From assembly GCA_963722375.1 (NCBI GenBank), contig CAVRLI010000011.1:1-24000 (forward strand): 24,000 nucleotides of DNA. The letters run 5' to 3'. Shown here in pieces: positions 16,408-23,291 of this stretch. The translations under genes were made by a program, and so were the position numbers. This DNA comes from an uncultured Actinomycetota bacterium. Its GTDB lineage: Bacteria > Actinomycetota > Actinomycetes > Sporichthyales > Sporichthyaceae. The notes under the pieces are model-generated. The model was not told where the DNA came from, did no database searches, and was given only the letters and a program-made list of their open reading frames with translations. The first letter of the stretch is position 1; every line of letters begins with the position of its first letter.

Positions 16408-17277
16408 TCAGGCCGGGACCGGGACCGCCGAAACGGCTACCCGGATTCCCGACACGTCGTCCAGCAACGGGATCGGCGAGAGGTACCGGCCCGTCCCGTC
16501 GGCCGCCTTCCCGGCCAGCCGCAGGTCGAAGCGCATCCAGCACCCGAGGCAGGTCAGCGTGTCGCCGGCCAACGCCTCGTCCGATCCGGTCAGCACCGCG
16601 CCGCACCCGGCGCACTGATCCGCATAGGCGTACCAACTCTCCCCGAGCCGGGCGACCAGCAGGGCGTGGCCGTCCACGGTGACCGCCGCGATCCCACCCC
16701 GTTCCGGCAGATCGCGAGCCGAGAGGTGACGCCAGGTCGGAGCGGGTTCGGCTGCCGGCTGACCGGGACCACGCCCGATCTGCAGCAGCTTCTCCGGACG
16801 CTCGGCCTGACCTTCGACCTCGATGCCGCTCAGCTCGGGCGCGGCACCGATCACGGCCTCCTCGATGGTGGTGCGCACCGTGATGGTGGAGGACGGGCAG
16901 CCGCTGCAGCCGCCCTCCAACCGCAGGTGGGCCACGCCCTCCTCGTCGATCCCGAGGTACGCGACCCCGCCGGCATGCGACCCGAGGTACGGGCGCACCT
17001 TGTCCAGCGCCCGTTCGATCCGGGTGTCGATGTCGACGGGGTGCAATCCGTGGAGGATCAGCTGGCTCTCGACCAGCCGATCCTCCGCCAGGGCGTCGAG
17101 GAGCTCCGGCGCCGTGCCGACGATCTCCACGATCCGGGTCAGCCCCGAGCCGTAGAAGTCCACCAGTAACCGGACCAGATCCTCGGCCGTGCTGGCCGCG
17201 GCCTTGCCGCCCTGGCGGGCCAGTTGCGCGAGCAGGGATTCGACCCGCTCGCCGATGTCGTCGGCTTCGGTACCCAT
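16408..17277 (-). CDS. hhyE: Putative iron-sulfur protein: NifU-like (Nfu) domain plus a C-terminal four-Cys Rieske-like domain (HhyE-like)
   Basis: ATG 17275-17277 lies 2 nt after the hhyL stop. The Nfu motif reads GGVAYLGIDEEGVAHLRLEGGCSGCPSS. The C-terminal part reads YADQCAGCG...TCLGCWMRFD. Its position directly downstream of hhyL matches the mycobacterial HhyE (from memory). Confidence 0.7.
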   Translation of the reverse strand: MGTEADDIGERVESLLAQLARQGGKAAASTAEDLVRLLVDFYGSGLTRIVEIVGTAPELLDALAEDRLVESQLILHGLHPVDIDTRIERALDKVRPYLGSHAGGVAYLGIDEEGVAHLRLEGGCSGCPSSTITVRTTIEEAVIGAAPELSGIEVEGQAERPEKLLQIGRGPGQPAAEPAPTWRHLSARDLPERGGIAAVTVDGHALLVARLGESWYAYADQCAGCGAVLTGSDEALAGDTLTCLGCWMRFDLRLAGKAADGTGRYLSPIPLLDDVSGIRVAVSAVPVPA

Positions 17278-17279
17278 GA

Positions 17280-19083
17280 TCAGGTGGCCAACAAGGTCGG
17301 CATGTTCGCCGGGTGGTGCACCTCCGAGATCGTCTTGCCTGGCCCGAGATACATGTGGACCCCGCAGGGCAGGCACGGGTCGAAGCTGCGGACCGCGCGC
17401 ATGATGTCGATGCCCTTGAAGTTCTCCGGCTTGTTCTCCTCGAAGATCGGCGTGTTCTGCACCGCGTCCTCGTACGGGCCGGGGGTGCCGTACTCGTCAC
17501 GCACGCTGGCGTTCCACGGCGTCGGCGGGTACGGGTGGTAGTTCGCGATCTTGCCGTTCTTGATCACCATGTGGTGAGAGAGAACGCCGCGCACTGCCTC
17601 GGTGAACCCGCAGCTGAAGGCCTCGTCCGGAACCTCGAAGCTGTTCCAGGTCTTCGTGTTGCCGGCGCGGACCTCGGCCAGACCCTTCTCGATGAAGTAC
17701 ACGCCGAGGGCGGCCGAGTAGGCCTGGAAGTACGTCCGGGCGCGGTTGCGCTCGAGCGCGTTCGACCACTTCGGGATCTTCCACTCGAAGGTCTTCTCCG
17801 GCGAGTTCATCGTCTTGGGCAGGTTGATCACGACGCTCTGCCCGGTGGACTTGACGTACCCGCCCGCGTCCACAAGACCGCCGAGCGCGGTGGCCCACAG
17901 CCGCGCGATCGGACCGCCACCGGTGTCGGTGGCCAGGTGGTCCTTGCCGTCGAACCAGCGCGGCGACATGACCCAGCTGTACTTGTCGTCGAAGTCGCGC
18001 TTCTGCGGCCGCGGGATCGTGGACTGGTTCCACGGGTGGTTGCGGTCGACCGGGTTCCCGAGCGCATCCTTCTCGACGAACATCGGCTCGTCCTTCCAGC
18101 TCTGGTAGAACGAGCTGCCGAGCAGGATGCGGATGCCGAGGTTGATCTCGACCAGGTCGTTGGTGACGAGCTTGCCGTCCACCACGACGCCGGGGCTGAC
18201 GAACGCCTTGCGGCCCCAGTTGGTCATGTTCTCGTACTTGAAGTCGCAGTGGTCCGGGTCGTTCAGGGCGCCCCAGCAGACCAGCAGGGTGCGCCGGTAG
18301 CCGACCATCTCGTAGCCGGGCAGGGCCTGGTAGAAGAAGTCGAAGAGGTCGTCGTGCAACGGCACGACCCGCTTCATGAACTCGACGTAGCGCATCAGCC
18401 GGGTCAGGTAGTCCGTCATCAGCTGGATCGTGGGCGTCGTGCCGACGCCGCCCGGGTACAGCGTGGACGGGTGGACGTGCCGGCCCTCCATCAGGCAGAA
18501 CATCTCGCGGGTGTAGCGGGAGACCTGCAGGGCCTCGCGGTAGAACTCACCCTCCGAGCGGGTTGAGCGCCCGCATGATGTCGCCGATGAACTTGTAGCC
18601 GTGCTCCTTGGCGCCCGGCGCCTCGGTGCGGTTCGCCAGTTCCAGAACGCCGGGGTTGGTCTCCTTGACCATCTTCTCGCAGTAGTCCACCCCGACCAGG
18701 TTCTCCTGGAAGATGTTGTGGTCGAACATGTACTCCGCGGCCTCGCCGAGGTTGATGATCCACTCGCCGAGCGCCGGCGGATGCACGCCGTAGGCCATGT
18801 TCTGGTTGTAGACCGAGCAGGTGGCGTGGTTGTCGCCGCAGATCCCGCAGATCCGGCTGGTGATGAAGTGCGCGTCGCGCGGGTCCTTGCCCTTCATGAA
18901 CAGGCTGTAGCCGCGGAAGATCGACGAGGTGCTGTAGCACTCGGCGACCTTCTTCTGCTTGAAGTCGATCTTCGTGTAGATCCCGAGGCTGCCGACGATG
19001 CGGGTGATCGGGTCCCACGCCATCTCGGTCAGGCCGGCGGCGTCGGTCTTCTGGGCCGCGTGCCGCGGCTCGGTCATCGTCAT
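17280..19083 (-). pseudogene. hhyL: [NiFe]-hydrogenase large (catalytic) subunit, group 1h/5, frameshifted as sequenced near 18550-18552
   Basis: The N-terminal fragment (19083-18547) contains the L1 motif TSRICGICGDNH. The C-terminal fragment contains the L2 motif SFDPCLPCGVH. The junction reads ...IMRALNPLGG* as sequenced. Removing one G from the GGG run gives NPLGGEFYREALQVSRYTREMFCLMEGRHVHP and a continuous protein of about 600 aa. Confidence 0.92.
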
Positions 19084-19087
19084 GACG

Positions 19088-20128
19088 TCACTTCCCCTTG
19101 TAGCCGCTCTTGAGGACAGGACCGCGCGTGCGCCACGAGGGCTCCTTGTTCAGGGTGTCCATGGTGAACTTGCGCAGGCTGCGGATGACCGTCCCGTAGG
19201 CCTTCGACGCGGTCGTCGAGACCTTGCCGCCGGGCGGCTCGTCCATGAACGGCATGAACTTGTCCGGGAACCCCGGCATCGTGCAGCCGATGCAGATGCC
19301 GCCGACGTTCGGGCAGCCGCCGATGCCGTTGATCCAGCCGCGCTTGGGGACGTTGCAGTTGACGACCGGTCCCCAGCAGCCGAGCTTGACGATGCACTTG
19401 GGCGAGCCGTACTCGGTGGCGAAGTCGCCCTGCTCGTAGTACCCCGCGCGGTCGCAGCCCTCGTGCACGGTGGCCTCGAACAGCCACCGCGGACGCAGCT
19501 CGGCGTCCAGCGGGATCATCGGCGCCTGACCCGCCACCTGGTAGAGCAGGTAGAGGATCGTCTCGGAGAGGTTGTCCGGCTGGATCGGGCAGCCCGGCAC
19601 GCAGACGATCGGCAGGCCGGCCTTGGACGTCCAGTCCCAGCCGAGGTAGTCCGGCACCCCCATCGCGCCCGTCGGGTTGCCGGCCATCGCGTGGATGCCG
19701 CCGTAGGTCGCGCAGGTCCCGACCGCGAGGATCGCGGTCGCCTTCGGTGCGAGGCGGTCGAGCCACTCGTTGGTGGTCCGCGGCTGCCCCGTCGCCGGGT
19801 CGTTGCCGAACCCGCAGAAGTAGCCGCCGTTGTTCTTGTTCAGTTCCTCGTTGGGGATCGAGCCCTCGACGACGAGCACGAACGGCTCAAGTTCGCCGCG
19901 GTCGGCCTTGTGCCACCACTCGATGAAGTTGTCGGCGCCGGTCTCCGGGCCGCACTCGAAGTCGATCAGCGGCCAGTGGACCGCGATCTTGGGCAGGCCC
20001 GGCAGAGCGCCGAGCACAATCTCCTCGATGCTGGGCTGGGTAGCTGCCGTGAGCGCGACGGAGTCCCCGTCGCAGCCCAGACCGCCGTTCATCCAGAGGA
20101 TGTGAACGACACCTTCGTCATCCGCCAT
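19088..20128 (-). CDS. hhyS: [NiFe]-hydrogenase small subunit, group 1h/5, no Tat signal peptide
   Basis: 346 aa starting MADDEGVVHILWMNGGLGCDGDS, with ...GTCATYGG...CVPGCP...CWGPVVNCNVP...CPNVGGICIGC Fe-S ligand patterns. There is no RRxFxK leader. A GAGGAGG ribosome-binding site lies about 9 nt upstream. Confidence 0.92.
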   Translation of the reverse strand: MADDEGVVHILWMNGGLGCDGDSVALTAATQPSIEEIVLGALPGLPKIAVHWPLIDFECGPETGADNFIEWWHKADRGELEPFVLVVEGSIPNEELNKNNGGYFCGFGNDPATGQPRTTNEWLDRLAPKATAILAVGTCATYGGIHAMAGNPTGAMGVPDYLGWDWTSKAGLPIVCVPGCPIQPDNLSETILYLLYQVAGQAPMIPLDAELRPRWLFEATVHEGCDRAGYYEQGDFATEYGSPKCIVKLGCWGPVVNCNVPKRGWINGIGGCPNVGGICIGCTMPGFPDKFMPFMDEPPGGKVSTTASKAYGTVIRSLRKFTMDTLNKEPSWRTRGPVLKSGYKGK

Positions 20129-20368
20129 CGCTGCGCACCTCCTCGACCGGAATTGAATGCTGAATTGGCGGCGACTCTACGCCGTAATTCGCGGGCCGGA
20201 ATAGGTCTCCGACCGGGTAATTTCGCTAAAGAAGTCGGTGAAATTCGCGGAGTCTGAAGAATGCGAAATGCAGGAATTCAAGAATCCGGAAATCCCGGAT
20301 TCAGTGAGTGTGCGGAGCGTCGCGACGAACCATCGCTGCGGAGGGCGAAAGCGGGCTACGGTCGCCCC
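20129..20368. promoter_or_regulatory. Divergent AT-richer control region between hhyS and a YceI-like gene, with repeated motifs
   Basis: GAATTG occurs twice, 12 bp apart (20150-20155 and 20162-20167). GTAATTCGCGG (20184-20194), GTAATTTCGC (20217-20226) and GTGAAATTCGCGG (20238-20250) are related direct repeats. GCGAAAT (20263-20269) is an inverted copy. GAATCCGG (20282-20289) and CCGGATTC (20295-20302) form a perfect 8-bp inverted repeat. Confidence 0.6.
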
Positions 20369-20917
20369 ATGGCACTCGACCCGGGAACCCACGAATTGGG
20401 GCCCTCCAACGGCACGCTGTACCTGTGCACCGCGCGTGAGGGCATGGCGGCCAAGGTCGGTCACGACCTGCTCATCCAGGTGACCCGCTGGTCGGGGACG
20501 GCAACCGTCCCGGACCCGGCAGACCTGTCGACCGCCAGCCTGGCCCTGCGGATCGAGCTGGATTCGCTGGAGGTGGTGGGCGGCACCGGCGGGGTCAGTA
20601 AGCTGGACGCCGACGACAAGGCCGACATTCTGAAGAATGCCGCCAAAACGCTCGACGTCGCTCACCATCCGACCGCCGAGTTCACTTCGACCGCTATCCG
20701 CCCGGCCGCCGACGGCGGCCAAATCGAGGGCACACTGAAATTGGCCGGGGCGTCCGGGGCGGTGACACTGGCGGTCTCCGCCAGCGGTGATTCGAGCTGG
20801 AAAGCGACCGGGACCGTGGTCCAGTCGCAGTACGGGATCAAGCCCTACAAGGGCCTCATGGGAGCGCTGCGAGTGGCCGACGCGGTCACGATCGAGGCAG
20901 AAGTTTCCCTGACGTAG
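20369..20917 (+). CDS. YceI-like domain protein
   Basis: 182 aa from ATG 20369: MALDPGTHELGPSNGTLYLCTAREGMAAKVGHDLLI...GTLKLAG...IKPYKGLMGALRVADAVTIE. The longer ORF from 20261 starts inside the AT-rich intergenic region and is unlikely to be real. Confidence 0.75.
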   Translation: MALDPGTHELGPSNGTLYLCTAREGMAAKVGHDLLIQVTRWSGTATVPDPADLSTASLALRIELDSLEVVGGTGGVSKLDADDKADILKNAAKTLDVAHHPTAEFTSTAIRPAADGGQIEGTLKLAGASGAVTLAVSASGDSSWKATGTVVQSQYGIKPYKGLMGALRVADAVTIEAEVSLT

Positions 20918-20999
20918 CAGCGATACACAGGCGGCAACCTGTTTACCCCGCCCTGCCGGGCGAGTAAAACTGGGTTACCGACCGAGGAGAGGGCCACCC

Positions 21000-21392
21000 A
21001 TGCCCCCGACGTCACACGATCTGAGCCGGCAACGGCACTGGGTCTGCGCCCTTCAGCTGGCCGAACGGCGCCGGATGCTCGGATTGACGCAGCAGGACGT
21101 CGTGGACCGGTTGGCCGACATGGGGGTCGCGGCCACCAATCGCTCGCTGTCCGCGATGGAGCACGGGCAGGGTCTCGACGTGGGGCGCATCCCCGAGCTG
21201 GCGGCGGCGCTGGAGTGCACGGTCACCTACCTGCTCGGCCTGACCATGGACCCGCACCGGTGGGACCCCGACGACGACCCCGCGCAGCCGAAGCTCGGCC
21301 GGCCGCGCACCGGCCTGTCCCGCTTCGTGCTCGACGAGGAGACGCCGGACCACGCGCCGGCGCGGGAAGCGGCGCAGGTCAGCCGTGCATGA
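21000..21392 (+). CDS. XRE (Cro/C1)-family helix-turn-helix transcriptional regulator
   Basis: 130 aa containing LAERRRMLGLTQQDVVDRL...SLSAMEHGQ...ELAAALECTVTYLLGL. A GAGGAGAGGG ribosome-binding site lies upstream. The 3' end overlaps the hypA start by 8 nt. Confidence 0.75.
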   Translation: MPPTSHDLSRQRHWVCALQLAERRRMLGLTQQDVVDRLADMGVAATNRSLSAMEHGQGLDVGRIPELAAALECTVTYLLGLTMDPHRWDPDDDPAQPKLGRPRTGLSRFVLDEETPDHAPAREAAQVSRA

Positions 21393-21726
21393 GCTGTCGC
21401 TCTGCGGCGCGATAGCGGACATCACCACCCGACGGGCCGAGGGCCGGCCGGTCGGCGTCATCCATCTGCAGGTCGGGCAACTGCGCCAGGTCGTGCCCGA
21501 CTCGCTGCTGTTCTGCTGGACCATGGTCACCGAGGGCACCGACCTCGACGGCTCGGTGCTCGACCTCGACCCGATTCCGGCCCGCCTCCGGTGCTTGCCG
21601 TGCGACGTGGAGTTCGCCCTGCCCTACCCACCGGCCTTCACCTGCCCGCACTGCGGCGGACTGAGCGTCGCGGTGGTGGCCGGCGAGGAGTTCGACGTGA
21701 CCGAGCTGGAGTTCGTGGCGGTCTGA
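21385..21726 (+). CDS. hypA: Hydrogenase nickel-insertion protein HypA
   Basis: 113 aa with a GTG start reading MHELSLC. The zinc site is CLPC...CPHCGG. Confidence 0.9.
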   Translation: MHELSLCGAIADITTRRAEGRPVGVIHLQVGQLRQVVPDSLLFCWTMVTEGTDLDGSVLDLDPIPARLRCLPCDVEFALPYPPAFTCPHCGGLSVAVVAGEEFDVTELEFVAV

Positions 21727-21743
21727 AAGACAGGAGCCCTGCC

Positions 21744-22541
21744 GTGGGCCGTTTCCACCGTCATGCCGACGGAACCGAGCACGCACACGACCACACTCAC
21801 GAGCACTCGCATGAGCACGAGCACGGCGACCACTCCGGCTACGCCACCGCGACCGAGCGGGTCACCGTGCTGGAGCGGATCTTCGACGAGAACGACCGGA
21901 TCGCCGCCGCCAATCGCGCGGACCTGGCCGCGGCCGGGGTGTTCGCGGTGAATCTGATGTCCTCCCCCGGAGCCGGCAAGACCGCTCTGCTGGCCCAGAC
22001 CCTGGCGCGCCTGCAGGGCAAGCTGCGGATCGGCGTCGTCGAGGGCGACATCGAGACCAGCCTGGACGCCGACCGCCTCGCCGGTTTCGGCGCGGTCGTC
22101 GAACTGGTCAACACCGGCAACGGGTTCGGCGGCGAGTGCCACCTGGACGCCCCGATGGTGCGCCGTGCGCTGACCCGGCTCCCGCTGCCGGAGCTCGACC
22201 TGATGGTGATCGAGAACGTCGGCAACCTGGTTTGCCCGGCGGAGTTCGACACCGGCGAGCACGTACGGGTGATGGTCTACTCCGTGACCGAGGGCGAGGA
22301 GAAGCCGCTGAAGTACCCGGTCATGTTCCGCTCCGCCGACCTCGTCCTGATCAACAAGGTCGACCTGTTGCCGCACCTCGACGTCGACCTCGCCCTGTTC
22401 GAGGCCAACCTGCGCCGGATCAATCCGACGGTGCCGACCATTGAGGTCAGTGCCCGCACCGGGCTCGGCGTCGACGACTGGTGCGGTTGGCTCCTGGAGC
22501 AGACGGCCTACGGCGTGGGGGAGGCCGCGTCGACCGGCTGA
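21744..22541 (+). CDS. hypB: Hydrogenase nickel-incorporation GTPase HypB with a His-rich N-terminus
   Basis: GTG 21744 follows AGGAG (21732-21736). The His-rich stretch is HRHADGTEHAHDHTHEHSHEHEHGDH. The P-loop is SSPGAGKT, followed by ENVGNLVCP and NKVDL motifs. Confidence 0.9.
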   Translation: MGRFHRHADGTEHAHDHTHEHSHEHEHGDHSGYATATERVTVLERIFDENDRIAAANRADLAAAGVFAVNLMSSPGAGKTALLAQTLARLQGKLRIGVVEGDIETSLDADRLAGFGAVVELVNTGNGFGGECHLDAPMVRRALTRLPLPELDLMVIENVGNLVCPAEFDTGEHVRVMVYSVTEGEEKPLKYPVMFRSADLVLINKVDLLPHLDVDLALFEANLRRINPTVPTIEVSARTGLGVDDWCGWLLEQTAYGVGEAASTG

Positions 22542-22671
22542 ACCATCGGTCGGCGACCTCCTCGGAGTCCCGGACTGCCTTCAGCGCGTCAACGACCTCG
22601 TCCGTGGTCTGACCGCCCCGGGCGCAGGTCAGCCAACCTGCGCAGAATGCGAACAGGATCCCCACGTTCAC
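22447..22671 (-). CDS. Hypothetical small protein with a hydrophobic N-terminus; 3' boundary doubtful
   Basis: MNVGILFAFCAGWLTCARGGQTTDEVVDALKAVRDSEEVADRW... has GC3-rich codons for about 49 codons. Codon quality then collapses where the ORF runs antisense into the hypB 3' end, so the real stop is probably lost or misplaced. Confidence 0.3.
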   Translation of the reverse strand: MNVGILFAFCAGWLTCARGGQTTDEVVDALKAVRDSEEVADRWFSRSTRPPPRRRPSAPGANRTSRRRRARCGH

Positions 22672-23206
22672 GTCTCCTGGAGCTGTCGGGCCTTACCCGG
22701 TGAGCGGTCAGACGGAACTGGACGTTCACGTCCGGATAGATCTTGAAGGCCAGGATCGACGGCAGGTCGATGTCGAAGTCCCGCATGTCCACGTCCTCAC
22801 TGCCCGTGGCGATCAGGGTGTTCTCGTCCGGCATCGCGAGGTCGAGGTACCCGGTCAGACGTCGCGTGGTGCCGCAGATGGTGAGATCGCCCTCCGCAAC
22901 GAACCGGCCCCCACCCTGGGCGCTCGCGGTGCGCATCTCGACCGTGATGGCCGGGAAGCGCCGGTGGTCGAGACGCCGTTGCAGCTCGGAGTCGTAGAGC
23001 CGGTTACCCGACTCGAGCGAGAGCACGGGGATCCGCATGAACGCCGAGATCGGCACGGCCGATTCGAGGTCGACGCCGGACATCGCGAACTCGGCGCCGC
23101 CTTCGGAGGTCATCGTGCCGAAGGTGATCGGGCCCGCGCTGCTCTGCGCCCCCACAAGGACCGCGCACCTGTCCGGAACCAAGCGGAACGTCTCATGATC
23201 ACCCAT
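22589..23206 (-). CDS. YceI-like domain protein; the annotated tail is probably a read-through (likely true stop TAA at 22693-22695)
   Basis: It reads ...FAMSGVDLESAVPISAFMRIPVLSLESGNRLYDSELQRRL...GDLTICGTTRRLTG...FKIYPDVNVQFRLTAHR. After AHR the sequence is cac cgg gta agg. One fewer G would give cac cgg TAA. The remaining 35 codons are Arg-rich junk. Confidence 0.65.
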   Translation of the reverse strand: MGDHETFRLVPDRCAVLVGAQSSAGPITFGTMTSEGGAEFAMSGVDLESAVPISAFMRIPVLSLESGNRLYDSELQRRLDHRRFPAITVEMRTASAQGGGRFVAEGDLTICGTTRRLTGYLDLAMPDENTLIATGSEDVDMRDFDIDLPSILAFKIYPDVNVQFRLTAHRVRPDSSRRRERGDPVRILRRLADLRPGRSDHGRGR

Positions 23207-23291
23207 GGGATCACCAGCTTCCTGCCGTCACCGTAGTCCGCGTCTCCGGCGGGGCGGTAGAGCCAGAGTGGCCGGGTGAGAAACTGACCCC

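Noticed and set aside
20050-20128. The missing twin-arginine signal on the hydrogenase small subunit, considered as a possible truncation or mis-start.
   Set aside because: Lack of a Tat leader is the established hallmark of group 1h/5 small subunits. In addition, the ATG has a strong GAGGAGG ribosome-binding site.
20927-20942. ACAGG-cggcaa-CCTGT hairpin just after the YceI-like gene stop.
   Set aside because: A 5-bp stem with no U-tract is too weak to call a terminator.
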